Origin: Lingula anatina
Taxonomy: Eukaryota > Animalia > Brachiopoda
NCBI GenBank assembly: GCA_051362555.1
Contig: CM120642.1
Span: 25,606,001 to 25,670,000, forward strand
Length of the DNA: 64,000 nt
Direction of reading: 5' to 3'
Both the position numbers and the translations under genes were made by a program. Below the pieces are notes generated by a model. It was not told the DNA's origin. It ran no database searches and saw only the letters and a list, made by a program, of their open reading frames with translations. Shown here one piece after another: positions 48,801 to 62,043 of this stretch (position 1 is the first letter of the stretch; each line of letters starts with the position of its first letter).

Positions 48801-51603
48801 GTGTAGTATCACTTCCATTGGTAACACACCCTCTACCAGGGCCACATATTGTTTTGTCACTAGACATTCACTTAGGCTGCGTTCACATGGAAAATCTCTT
48901 TTTTAAAAATCTAAAAATCTATTTTCGGTATCTTTTGATCTCGGTCTGTGCCCTAGACACCCCGCGGCGTAATTACTGGCAGCGCCGGGAATTAATTACT
49001 GCTTTGGAAGTAACTGGCTCGCGCTGCCAGTAATTACGCCGTGGGGTATTCAGGGCACAGACCGTGATCACAAGATACCTAAAATAGATTTTTAGATTTT
49101 TAGAAAATAGATTTTTCATGCGACCGGTCCCTTATTTTTCTCTGGCTAATTCTATGAATATCTTTGTACTGTCAGATTGTGATGAAATCAAAGCAAATAA
49201 TACAGGGTTGGCCAAAGCTTACAACTGCGGCCCTGCACAAGGAATTGCTCCGACTTTTACTGCTAGCTGTAAATCTTCTTGCACCGTTTTGGGCCACCTA
49301 CTGCAGGTGACACAAGGGCTAGGTTACTTTCCTAACATGTAACACAACGGCGATGATACATTATTACAAAGATAAGCTACTTACAGACTGATCTTTATGT
49401 TAATTTCTTTGGTTGAGAGATCTGGGCTCCGTTACTCGAAAGCATCGCGTATTGCGAATAGCGATATCACCTAGAGGCTACAATGTATTATATGGGGCGT
49501 GTATGGGCGAGTAACGGAATCGAGTTAATGTGCAAAACTACTGGTGCATGTCAAAATATATTTCTGTTGATACGAATAATATGTAATTTGTGAAAATCCC
49601 TTCATATTTTTCATTTCCTGTGGCAAGTATTAAATTACTGCAAGTGGTGGGCACAACTTGATCGAAATGAGTGCTGTTTCACCTCTGACAGCCATTTTAG
49701 ATTTCCAAGTAACTGGGGGGGGGGGGGGGGGCTTTTGATCAAACATTTATAATTTTGTATGTTCTTAACATTAAAGAATATAAAAATGTTATTAAAGGAA
49801 TTTGCAGAATAAGTTTTACTTTGAAAATAATTTTGACGGCCATATTGGAATTTTCAGACATGCATCTATATCCAAAATTGCTTAGAATACAATTTTCCAC
49901 AGCTAAGTCAAATTTCATGCTTGAGGCTACTAGTATAAGTATATAATGAATTCACCATACTGCTGGAAAACTTGAGCTTACGAATTGCTGCTTTACTTTA
50001 GGCGGCTCTTTTGGGCTTTATATTATTAAAGAAGCAGTTTTTAACACTCCATTCACACTGTGTCACTTGCTTGTCATTAGATAATACCTAAATCCTTTAA
50101 AGAGTACATACCAGAAATATTTCCCTTAAAGGGCACTTTGGTGATCATTTTCACGAATGCCCCTATATTCACATTTGCTTAGAATTCTATTCCTCACAGC
50201 GTGTCAAACTGCATGCTTGAAGGTAAAAAAGTACGTTTTTTCAACAAATTGCTGGCCTATATTGGATGCGTTCAACTCACCGCCTTGATAGGGAAAAGAT
50301 CCATTTTAAGCGTTCAAACCATAACATAATGGCAATGAATATGAAGCTAACGGACACAAAGGTGATTACGTTGGGACATTTGGAGTTCACAATGTATAAC
50401 ATCAATATGGGTTACGCTCGAAATCCTGAATAACGTGCTCATGCATTTCTATACGTAATTTCCGGCCTGATCTGATGGACTATTTTACAACTATCTATGA
50501 AAATTATCAAATGCAATGCTTTGTAATAATCAGATCAGTCATGCTGACTGCTCGGGTTCTTTGGACTCTGATGGTGTTGTTGAGACAGGCTTTAATTTCA
50601 CTACGTATTTTAGATGTGTAAGGTAGTTCTCTGCTCTCAAGCTGCTACACGCAACTCAAAACCTCAAGTTTCATTCCTCATCTCTTTTTATACCTTCACT
50701 TAGTTACGTATTCAATTACCATTTAAAACTTGAGTTCTCTATCTTTCTTTTCCATCGGTAGAAGGTACTTGTATATTTATTTCTAGTGTAATGCACAACA
50801 GATTGCATGTACATTTACTGGATCTTAATATATTAAAACAATCTAAATTTATCTACAAAAATATGTTAGTCATTTACCATTTCAATATATCAACATTGGA
50901 AACACGTGGAAATGTGCATTACTTAGGAAATGTTTATGGTGTTGCATACAGGCCTCTTAACAACTTTTATTTCAAAAATCTTAAGACACAATCAACGTGC
51001 GTAAGACATTAAAAAGGCAAAACGTTTTCCCCAGAAACAGATAAACAGAATAAGAAAATTACTTGCCAGGAGCCATCACAAGGCGGCTAAAACTCGTGGC
51101 CAGAACATGGTGTCTGTGATCCCAGGGGAACCAGTCCGCTATCCTGAAGACATTTTCTAACGCAGTGATGGTAATGGATAACCCAACCATGATGCCGTGG
51201 GTAAAAAGAAGAAATGTCGCAGATGGCGCCAAAGATGACAAAACCAATCCAAGAACCAGTACAGATGCGAACGTTACAATCTTTAATCTTGGGCTGATTA
51301 CTGACACTTCTTTCGTGGATAAACATCCAAAAGCAGCAGAAGCGTACATCATGCTTTGGATGAAACCTGAAATTATGGAATAAATATGAATATGGTTTCA
51401 TGTCACGCTCCGAAAAGCCATATGAATTAACCTTGAAAGCATAATGTTGTCGGCAGGTGTTACTTACCAATTGCTGCAAGACTACCACCCAAGTCAGGAT
51501 CCCTCGCAAAAGCAGCGTTAAACACACCCCAGCTCATGTAAAAGCCATTATAAGTCATAGAATACATAGATGAGGCGAAAACAAACTTCCATCCATAATA
51601 CAT
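45887..51603 (-). CDS. MFS SLC16-like copy D (intact, 408 aa, most divergent); exons 51603-51468, 51366-51067, 48596-48501, 48171-48002, 47477-47252, 46827-46684, 46041-45887
   Basis: Exon sizes 136/300/96/170/226/144/155, open frame, same motifs as copy A, GC donor at 51066. Confidence 0.85.
46331..46708. repeat. 93-bp tandem repeat x4 containing the exon 6 / intron 6 junction of MFS copy D
   Basis: ATACCTGAGAGATATGGTGCTGTGGCCAT starts at 46401, 46494, 46587 and 46680. Confidence 0.95.
48875..49125. mobile_element. Harbinger-type palindromic MITE related to 7625-7881, apparently nested in a relative of the 26127-26550 element
   Basis: TTA|GGCTGCGTTCACATG; core CGCGGCGTAATTACTGGCAGCGC palindrome; right TIR degraded; ACCCTCTACCAGGGCCACA at ~48828. 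Confidence 0.8.
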
Positions 51604-54318
51604 CCTAGATATGTGCAATATGCTAGTACACAGACACTGCGTAGCACGCGACCTTTAAGCTACAAGATACAGTGACCCGAAATGAAAGCATTAGCGCCTT
51701 TTCAACCATGACTGGCCATACGACATTTCACCTGATCAAACAATGAGCGATCTCACAATGACCACAAACTAAGTGATCTCAAGCAGGACCGGTTATCAAA
51801 AACGTATAAGGCACAACAGCCTTGCAAGACAAAGTTATTTAAGGAACACCCACGGATTATGCACGCTGGCTCAACAAGGTGTTGCCTGTGGAGACGGGTG
51901 TTACAGGAAAACCGGGCTCCCATATGATTAGTACAGGTTATAGAGTTAGTTGGAGTATTGGGGTTAGTATATGGGACGAATTTCACCTGTAAAAAGTGAT
52001 GGGAAGCGGACTACTGTTCCTAGCGGACTTCCATTCCTGTTACACCGGTACATTTACATACATACTCTAGCTAATATGATATGGACGATAGACAACTTAT
52101 TCAGACGATGCATACCAGGGAGCTGGTCCACGGTTATAAATAGCTAATTTACAGCTGATCTGTTATTACTTTTATCGTTATTATTTTTATGTTGTCGAAC
52201 GAAAGGGGGTCATTACTGGTTGGATAACCTAAATTGAGCTTATTGAGCACAAGCTAGAATTGTTGTCACTGTTAGCGTTCGGCGAACCTGATCGGAGGCC
52301 CTCAAATTGATCAGCCAGTGAATGTTGTAACTCACTGACCGCGAGGCGGAATAAATTGTTGTTCTTGAGAAACATGATGTCTTAAATAGGTTCAAGGGGC
52401 TAGTCACAATAACAAAACTACATTCTTCTCGTCTATCTGAGTGTTTTTAACAACTAAACCAAGTTTCAGAAAATTTCACACATCAGTAGCAAACTATCAG
52501 ATGACGATCTGACTTTTAATACTGTGCAGCGAAGAAAAGATCAGTTATCAATGTTGTTATTGGGACCTGTCAGCCTGTGAGATTGGTTTAACCTTTATAC
52601 TTGCACCCGCGGTACCTTGCTTACACAACAGGTACCTGTTTAACCCTGAGATGCGTTTTCTTTTCTTTCCAGAAGTTTGTTTCAATTTTCTACATCCCGC
52701 GTTTGTTCATAGCTGAAGTGTCTCTGCCCCTTAAATAAGTTTTTTTGTTCGGAAATTTTCTAGCTACTGGTAATTAAGTTTATGAGAACTCCACAACACG
52801 TGATTAAGTGTTTCACAGACGCAAGTACTCGTGTACAATGTCGTGCTGTCAAATCTCTTTCTCCTCCAACTTTTAGTCTAGATAAAATCGTTTCATAACA
52901 ACGATAGTTTGTTTCTCAGCACTGGGCGTCGGTACAATGTATTTTGGCCCCTGTGTAATGTGACAGAGAGTCCCCTTTGACAGAGAGTCCGCTTCCCATT
53001 CATTTGTACAGGTAAGCCTCGCCCTAGATTTTGACCCATTTAGGTCAGGCTAACCCTAACCATTATAACTAAATGGAGGGCGGACTTTTCACCATGGCCC
53101 ACACTTTATTTATTTACTCCCTTGCAATTCTAATATGTCCGAAATACCTTAATTTCACCATCATCATGCAATGTTCACTAGCTCATCTTAGTTGGCGGAG
53201 ATGTGAGCTTATCTCACATCTTGTGGTTATTGTTTTGCTCTTTGCCAACTTTTTGCTCCATTGGAGGGGGGACGCATGTGTGATCATTTAATTTGATGTT
53301 GTAACTATCCCCCATCTTGAAACTTCGCATCATATTACATTTCGTCATTTTATATAAATGGCAAGCTACGGTCATATGGACTTTTTACTTATTTAATTTT
53401 GAGCAAAAACCGAGGTTCTTTGTGCTTGTGAACATTTGGCTACATAAAACAACAATTATGGTACATTAATGCGTTTATAGAGGAAATGGCAGGGTTGTAG
53501 GGGATAGTTTAGGTTGTCTGCGGCTTACAAACTATACACATAGTGTAGCAGATAACCGGGGCAGTATCTACATGTAGGTACTCACATCTGGTTTTAATCA
53601 TTGTGGACTAGAAGACATTGAAATACTAGCATTGGTGAAAGCCAGTCGCTTTTGAGCTATTATATAGTCCACTTGAATTGTTTTATCGGCCACACTTGAA
53701 GATCACTAACTTTACAATTTTATTTCAATTACATTTTTAACCCTCTACCATCCCCTATCCCATGTCCATTGTTTTGTCTTTCGCCACTTTTTGCTCCATT
53801 GTATGGGGATGTATGTGTGAACATTTAACGATAAAGAATAATCAATTTAAACTTAATTTGGAATGAGCATTTTACCTTTACATGTGGAAATTGAACGTTA
53901 CACAAATAGCCTATTAATAAAAGAATATACCAACAAAGCAAAAAGAACTGGAAGATGAGAGTCATTTCTTACTTCGGTGCACTGCTTATATAGATGAGAG
54001 TGTTCATTTCATAAAAATTTGGGGATTAAAACAGATTATGAAAATGACCAAAATTTATTGTTAAGATTTTTGATCTCAGAAAGAAAAAATTGCACATGTA
54101 TGCTGCAGGTGTCTTATAAGCCCAAAGGGCTGGGTTTTCTATGCTCATGACAAGTTAATAAATGATGATGATGATGATGAATGTGAAAACCACTGAAATT
54201 GATTTGGCAATGTTTCACTAGTTTACCATTGTAAAAAAAATCGGCTTATTTACCTTTATACGAATTTAATAAAATCGCCACATTTACGCAATATGTCTGA
54301 GCTGTTAGAAGAAATGGG

Positions 54319-54567
54319 ATTATTACCTCCGCCAAGGAGGTTATGTTTTCACCCCTGTTTATTTGTCTGTTTGTTTGTTTGTCATCAACATAACTCTAAA
54401 AGTTTTGGACCGATTTTGATGAAATTTTCAGGAACTGTCAGAAGTGGACCAAGAAAGAGATGATTAGTTTTTGGTGGTGATCCGGATCAATAATCAATCA
54501 ATAATCAATAATAATAAAAAAAATCGCTGCCTTGGTGGAGGTCTGCGCTCTCGGAGTGCTTTTCTAG
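54319..54567 (+). mobile_element. Helentron-associated non-autonomous element (HINE/DINE-1-like)
   Basis: TACCTCCGCCAAGGAGGTTATGTTTTCACC, (GTTT)n tract, subterminal IR CCTTGGTGGAGGT, 3' hairpin GCGCTCTCGGAGTGC, TTTTCTAG end. Confidence 0.85.
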
Positions 54568-55547
54568 CTTTTGATAATATGCAATATCTTAACCTGAGTT
54601 TCTGATTGGACAAACAAGCGAGATATGCGGACACCGATGTAAACTTTTGGATTGGATAACGAGTTTTAAAATACTACTTCCAAGGTTCATGCTAGAAAAT
54701 CTTTACCATAAAATCGCTGAGAGAAAATCCAACGCAGACAACAATAACCAGTGTCAATCATTTAATGTTCACTCTTTACTTGCTCAGACAAGACAAAAGA
54801 TTCTTGAACTTAACTTTTCATTAATCTGACTAACAAACAAAACGACTTTACCTCTTGAGACTTTACACAACTTATGGTGAAGTATAACGAACTGCAAACA
54901 AAGACAGCGCGTGACGTTCCTGGCAATGGTCAAGAATTTTTAAAAGTTCCCGACAAGACGCCATGCGTGCCAGCCTCTTTATTTTCAAATCTCAAAATAT
55001 GTATGATATAGAGATTATGCCACGCATTGAGTTTGAAACTCAGGGCAGTCAAACCATGCTCAAATCTACACTTCACTATCATCTTATTCCTCAAATGTAT
55101 GCTGTAATCAGAATAAAGATATAAAACTTCAGCAATATATTTGTAGACACGATGTTGAGGTATTGTAATAAAGTGAAGTTAATAAGGGATAAAGTGAGAT
55201 AATACACGGTGTAAGTAATTATTGTTTATAGGCCGTTAAAATATTTTTCTTACATTCTGTCAAGCGTGATGCCTGGTTTTTGCGAAGTAGCTTTCACACG
55301 CTGCTATTTATTTTCATTTCAACACCATAATTTAATGAGAAACCTAATGTATCTTGTACTGTAATGCAAAGTTTACGAAGCTATTGTCATCATGTTTGCG
55401 TCATCGTTAACTATACGTCGAGGGGGTTTATGCAGTGCTCGACTGTGCTCAGCATGTTGTTCAAACAGGTTCTCCAAGTGCGGTAATGTTATACCTTCAA
55501 CAAGATAATTAACTGAATATTTTGTTGTAAACAGGAGCATTCTGTGC

Positions 55548-55983
55548 TCTCTGACGTGTAGTTTTACCACTTGTTTTCTGTACGGCAGAGCAGATTGATT
55601 GTCACAGATCACATGCGAAGTACCAGCGTGAGCTTGTTGGATTATTTCCGGGGAATTCAACATGAAGTGATAACATGAGTTACAGGTGTCCAATTAAGCA
55701 GTGTCAAACAGAGTCTTACAGTTGTTATGACGCTTGGTCTTCACACTGAGCGAAGAAATGGTTTTATAGAATCGGTCTAAACAATGGCTGCTCATGAAGG
55801 GGTAGTTAAGTTATTTGCAAGGAATTAATTTCACCAAGAAATGAAAAGATGGAAAACAGATGTCCAATAAATCAGTGTCTTGCAGTTGTCACCACGTCCG
55901 GCTGTCACATTGATCGATAAATGATTTTCTAAAACACCTAGAATATTTTTTGTTTTGTTTTGTGGTATGGCAATGGGTAAAAT
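55548..55983 (+). repeat. Direct repeat left of GPCR2 (right copy ~60250-60530 and ~61046-61130, interrupted)
   Basis: CTCTGACGTGTAGTT..GATTGATTGTCACAGATCACATG.GAAGTACCAGC..ATAGAATCGGTCTAAACAATGGCTG..GGGGTAGTTAAGTTA is colinear in both. Confidence 0.85.
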
Positions 55984-57556
55984 TATTGTGCATTAAAGAT
56001 TTGATTGATATAAGGAGTCACTTTGTATAGGTTGAAAGATGTTGAATCCTTGACAACTGACATTCAATTGAATGTGCTAATTGGTCACAATTGTTATAAT
56101 GAATAATTGCAAAGCATATCTGTCGTAGAAAAACAAATGGGTGTATTTATCATAATTGAATGAAAGTGAAACATCATGTTTTGCAGGTAGAAGTGAATAC
56201 AGTTGTAAAAAATAAGCATTTAAATATAGTTTTATGATAAAAATGGCAGGGGCTTTTAATAATTTGTTTTAGTTGGTAGATTCATGGTGCTCGTACATAT
56301 ACGATAATACGGAAAGTACTTTAGAGGGGTAATGACTCTTCGTATGATATCTATATTTCACAATAAAAACATTGTAAACAACTCGTAGAAATATAATGTA
56401 TAATGTTTTACCACAAAAACGGCAGTTATAGCTATAATTCTGATATCTGAGCTTGTCATCGGACCACGTGACCTCCATAGATGGCTATACTCTGTTATAA
56501 TCTCTTAAGAGATTATAAAAAAAAACCTTTTTAGAAAAAAAACCGGGGACTAACTTTGAATGTAGAAATGGATTCATTTATCATTGGTAAGTATGGGAAA
56601 ATTGTTGTTTACTCCCGGAAAATTCATTTTTTGGCCAAAACGAACAGTTAATATCCCTTATAAGCTTGTTTTATTTCGCATATTCCCAAGGAATGACACT
56701 CCAGTTTGCCAATATACAATAATTGGTTTACTTTTTGGAATGAATTTTATAAAATAACCACATGAGTGCAATGCTGTTTCGTGGCTGGGCCAAGGTGTAC
56801 ACACTGGAAAACTTTTTTGACCCAAAAGAGGAAGAACCGCCGCTAGGAATGGACCTGGCAAATGCATTGCCGTGAAATGCGTCATTGGAGGCTTGTCTGG
56901 CTTTCTGATAAAACGATATTTATTTTTTGTGGCGTTATGGACCTTTTTGTTACAATATGGCAATGGTCCATCTTAACTTGGTCGCAGAACACAATAATTC
57001 TTCAATGACCAAGAAATTGAGCAAGTAGACTGGTCTGTTTTTCCTGCTTTGATTCCCATTGTGCACTGTTAGGATACTCTAGAGGTCCAGCCGACTTCAT
57101 GGAATGAGCTGTTGCAGTCAACAAGCTCAGAAACTAGTTAAGTAAGTAGACTAGACGGCGCCATCCGGGTGTAATGAAATTTTTATAACGCGCATAACGC
57201 AATCCGCAATTCCACGGTTCGCGTCAGATTTACGTAAAAGTCGCTCAAAGAAAACCCAAGGACACATGATGGCTTGTTAAACATTTTATTTGTTGACGCT
57301 CGCTTACTACATGATCTACGTGAAGTCTCCAACTTCTGAACCATCTCCCATGGCATGGCTTGCATCCGTCTTCTAAGCTCTCCTAAACAGTCTTTCTAAA
57401 TCTCCCCAGGCATTAATTCCGAAGGCTTATGCCCAATTTGTTATCTAAGGTGGATTTATTGCTGCACTATAATTACTCAAATTGCACACGCCCACAATGC
57501 GAGCCGAGTGCACAAGCAAGCGATTTCATTGAAATTAATTAACAAGTCTGTTTTTT

Positions 57557-57559
<3 letters not shown>

Positions 57560-57591
<32 letters not shown>
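57560..57591. repeat. (GT)n microsatellite
   Basis: Direct reading. Confidence 0.95.
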
Positions 57592-57593
<2 letters not shown>

Positions 57594-58207
57594 ACTGAAT
57601 ACGTGTTTGTGGCAGCCACAGTATTGGCACAGTGTTGCCTTTTGGTGAGTCTGCATTTTTTTCTGTCATCCCTGCTTTCTTGGAAATGATATTTGTTTTT
57701 CTGTGTGAATTAATATATTCAACATATTTATAATTCATAACTAGGAGGTGCTCAAATGAATAAATATATCCAAATATACTGTAACTTAAAAGGTAGAACA
57801 TGAGATTATAATAAAACACTCATGAGCAGGTCGTACGCTACACTGTGTCTTATTTCCAACTATTTTTTAAATAGTCCATCGTTTTCATGTGTACAAATGC
57901 TCTTGGCACAATAAGCTTTTATAGGTTTTGTAATGAATTCGAAGCTAAAAGTAATTGAGGGAAACGAAGGCAAATACAGTAACTACATGTTGTTGACAGA
58001 CATTATCTTCTGTTAATTGAAATATCAGGGTTTTATATTACTGGCGCATTTGGATAATCGCATTTGGATTATCAAAGCCACAGGTATTAGAACCCACACA
58101 TTTCTACATAATTAGTACATTTGATCACATGTGAAGAAAGTAGTGCTTAGGAAACATCAACACAGAACACGAACACAGATTCCTTGCAGAAAGTTGAAGA
58201 CAAGAAT

Positions 58208-59488
58208 ATGTCCAACACCACCGTGATGTTGAATGAAACTTTGGTGGCCGACGCCATTCCACTGAACGGATCAAATGAGACCGCTCTCCCCTGTCAACGC
58301 ATGAGCTGCATCGTCTTTATCACCATAGAAGCCTTGATATCATTGGTAGCGGTAACGTCTAATTCTTTTGTCATTTGTGCGTTTTGGAAGTTCGAGTGGC
58401 TTCGGTCGAACACTAACGTAGCAATTGTGAGCTTAGCACTGGTTGACGTTTTGACTGGTCTAATCAGCATGCCTTACAACATAGTCCTAGGATATCTCGT
58501 AGACATATTTCCAGCATTGCATCATTTGGCCCTCAACAAGTATTTCTGCCTTGGCAAAAAAGCAACAATGGGTACATGCCTGGGACTTTCAATGCTCATA
58601 CAGACTCTGATTTCTTTTGAAAGATACTTCAAGATATGCTGGCATATTCACTATCCCAGAGTTTTACCAAAAAAGAGATTTTATTTCATCACTGGCATGT
58701 GCTTCTTGTATATGGTCTGTTTGAATTCTATACCCTTCATGGGCTGGAATAACTGGACTCTAGGCGTGGAATGTAGGGCGGAGACCACTGTGACAGGATT
58801 TCTACGCTTCCTTGTGATACCGCATGTCCCTATTTCATTGTTGGTTGCTTTAGGTTTCTACGCTGCGATATTAAGAAAAGTCAAGAAGCAAAACCAACAG
58901 ATTGGGCAGTATGGCAATGCCTTTCAGTATCCTTTATCGCAAAGGCTGGAAACTGTTACACCGACAAACCAAACTGCTAGAGGCACTAGTAGCGTGTCGC
59001 CAACGTTCCCATCAGTTTCTGACTCACCAGCTTCTCCCGACGCGACTAGCCATCCTGGAGGAATAAATACGATCTCAAGTGTCGACCAGGGACCCAGTGT
59101 GGGAGCCGAAAGAGGGGTGTCTGGTCCCACTGGTTTGGGGTCATTGGCAGCAGCGACATCTACGGGCGATCCTTCTACGTCTCATACCAGCTCTGACCAG
59201 TCTGAAAGGGTGACAATCAAATCGACCAGCGACACAGAGGCTAAGCTTGCGAAAATGACTGCAGTTATTCTATGTAGCTTCTTTGCTCTGTATTGTCCAT
59301 ACCCGATAATATTCTGGAGCGAAAAATACTTTGAGAAGGGCAGCTTGGCCTTTGCTGTTCTGCGAAACATTGCCGTTGAATTATTATCCTTAAGTTCAGC
59401 GATTAATCCGTTCATATATGGTTTGATGAATTGCAATTTTAGGCGAGCATTTTTCAAAATGTTAAACTTGAAAGTAGAAAACACCTAA
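58208..59488 (+). CDS. Orphan class A GPCR (loosely adenosine/amine-receptor-like), 426 aa, intronless CDS
   Basis: N-terminal N-glycosylation sequons (NTT, NET, NGS, NET); SN in TM1, SLALVD, C before TM3, SFERY, PFMGWN, LYCP, NPFIY..FRRAF. Acceptor TCCTTGCAG at 58189 upstream of ATG 58208. Confidence 0.92.
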   Translation: MSNTTVMLNETLVADAIPLNGSNETALPCQRMSCIVFITIEALISLVAVTSNSFVICAFWKFEWLRSNTNVAIVSLALVDVLTGLISMPYNIVLGYLVDIFPALHHLALNKYFCLGKKATMGTCLGLSMLIQTLISFERYFKICWHIHYPRVLPKKRFYFITGMCFLYMVCLNSIPFMGWNNWTLGVECRAETTVTGFLRFLVIPHVPISLLVALGFYAAILRKVKKQNQQIGQYGNAFQYPLSQRLETVTPTNQTARGTSSVSPTFPSVSDSPASPDATSHPGGINTISSVDQGPSVGAERGVSGPTGLGSLAAATSTGDPSTSHTSSDQSERVTIKSTSDTEAKLAKMTAVILCSFFALYCPYPIIFWSEKYFEKGSLAFAVLRNIAVELLSLSSAINPFIYGLMNCNFRRAFFKMLNLKVENT

Positions 59489-60730
59489 AACATTTCCGTT
59501 CTTTTTGTGATATGATAGAATACAGTATGTACACAAATGTAATATGTATGTGCGGAGGAAATCACATCAGCTTTAACACCAGGAAAATTTCTTTACATTT
59601 TATCGCTGCTTAACCGCCGATTCAGGATCGCAGCGTGCTTGCCCAACTTTGTGAAGTTAAGTGTACTCTTCCCTGATAATATTCATATATGTTTAATGTT
59701 ACATTTTTTCAAAATTTATAAATATAAAGCAAAATACGATGCATATTCTAAGCGGAAAGTATGCTCACAAGATCGGCGCCATGCTGAAATTTTGATGTCT
59801 ATGTCCCATTGTTGTCACCCAGTACAGTGGACGTGCACATAATTATATTTAACCGTTGGATAACCAGTGTCATGTTATTCATAGAGATCTACATGTACGA
59901 GTATGACCTGTAATAAACTGATGTTAATGAGTAACTAAATTTTGTGTTATTTATGCTAACCATTCTTTTTATGACAAATATTGTACAATTTTCCCAATAT
60001 ATGTATTACATTTTAATACTTTGATTCAATTTTGATGAACACGTCAAAACATTTTGAAAAAGCTTTTACATGCCGCTCTTCATTTCCTTTTCAATGCCAT
60101 ACGTTGTTCAGATACTTTAATTTATTTTCTGTTGTAGTGCTGTTGTCAACATACATGCGTCATTGTCACATATGTGGTCGAAGGCTTAGTTTATCACTGT
60201 TGCTCGTCATTCTACTGAAAACAGGCGTAAACAGGAACAATCACTGCCCTCTGACGTGTAGTTCACCACTTGTTTTCTGTGCGGCAGATTGATTGTCACA
60301 GATCACATGTGAAGTACCAGCATGAGCTTGTTGGATTATTTTCGGGGAATTTTAATTAAAATTTCAACATGAAATGATACATGTAACATGAGCAACAGGT
60401 GTCCAGTTAAGCAGTGTCAAACAAAGTCTAACAGTTGTTATCACGCTTGGTCTTCACACTGCATGAGCGAAGAAATGACTTAATAGAATCGGTCTAAACA
60501 ATGGCTGAGCATGAAGGGGTAGTTAAGTTAAAATGTACCATGGTGCTTTGTTATAAATTTTGCCTATCAGCAGATGATTTAGATTCGTTGACAGTATTAT
60601 AAAGATTTGCAATATTCAAAATGAAACATGATGGACTTGGTCCATGTTTCTATAAAAGTCGTTGAAGTGGATCGATATCCAGATAGTGTATATGCCTATC
60701 TCTAGGTGTATCGCTACATAAGTGCTACGG

Positions 60731-61015
60731 CCCCCCGCACGAAAATGCAGTAGTATCGAAGTAGCAAAAAAGCATTAACACGGTAGCCTACTGCAATTCT
60801 ACTCCAAAAAGTACATAGGTTTGTACAGAGAGGAGCATTAATGCAGTACTTAGATTGATAGAAGCATGTTTCAAATATGCTAATTAGCTCCCAAATCGAA
60901 GCAGATTTGAAGTATGTTTGCAGTATGATTGCAGTATACGTAGTCAACTGCAGTTTGCAGTATGATTGGAGTAGTCTACTGCGCTGGAGTATCTACTGCG
61001 TTTTCTTGCGGGGGG
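60731..61015. mobile_element. MITE with CCCGCA(C/A)GAAAA termini and GCAGTA internal repeats
   Basis: CCCCCCGCACGAAAATGCAGTAG / CTACTGCGTTTTCTTGCGGGGGG. Confidence 0.75.
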
Positions 61016-62043
61016 CGCGGGATCACCCAACAGGCGCGCATTCCCGCCAATAAACACTGATGTCACGAGGGTTGTTTCACTGAAAAGCACAGGAAATGTT
61101 TTTGTTTTGTGGTATGGATATGGGTAAAATATAAATTGTAATATAATGTGCTCCGGTGGTCACCGTGACCATAGTATATTAAAGTTACAATTTTAATTAA
61201 AATAATATTTTATATATTCCAAATTGGTTACGTAATGCTTTGAGGATACAAAATTTAATATCCTAAATTCAAAGTACGTACGCTTTCTGTTAGTCATGGG
61301 TGATTGTTGTAAAACTTTGGCAACGTTGTCTTTAATGCCAATGCAAGCAGCTCATACGTCTCATATCCTGAGATTCATGCAAAACAGTCAAAGAACAGCA
61401 GTCACCCTAACGAAAGCGATATAAAAATTATAATTCATGATTACGTTTATTTGGAACCATTTGGATTGTACAATTATTTGAAGTATATAAATACAGTGAA
61501 GTGCGGTATAGAGCGGTATATAAGAACAGGTAGACGCCTGGTCATTACAAAGGGGTCATTTCGCCTCCATGGGGAGGATACTGTCCAGCTGCCGTAGGAG
61601 GCGCTGCAAGCTAGCATGCTAAAATCTCTTAATCTTTCCGACCAGGGACCCTGCTTCAACCCTTGAGTGCCCCAGCTACACCTCTCTCTTATGATCTCCA
61701 GCACACACACACACACACACACACACAAGAAAGAAGGAAGGCGTTTTGCACTTTTTACAGATTTCTTTTGAGTTGTTTTTAGCACTTTGACCAACGTGCA
61801 GTCCATTAAAAATCACTGTATCAATGCTAATAAAGGAATAGTAGAAAAATATATTTCTTTTGTACACTGCAACGCATTTCTTACATGCCTCAAACGTGTG
61901 TTTGACATGTTGTCTTTAAAAGTGTTGGAATCAATCATTTTACTGTTGCGGCGGTAGACAGTACACCTAGACATATGGTTACAAATAAGAAAAATGATAG
62001 TAAAATACCCCAATTACTTCTGCAAAGGAATTATCTCAGAATG

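Noticed and set aside
49714-49731. G homopolymer as a G-quadruplex regulator
   Set aside because: Isolated intronic run within repeat-like DNA, of unreliable length and with no other support.
58924-59484. Antisense ORFs within GPCR2 (and 742-996 within GPCR1)
   Set aside because: Shadow frames of real CDSs.
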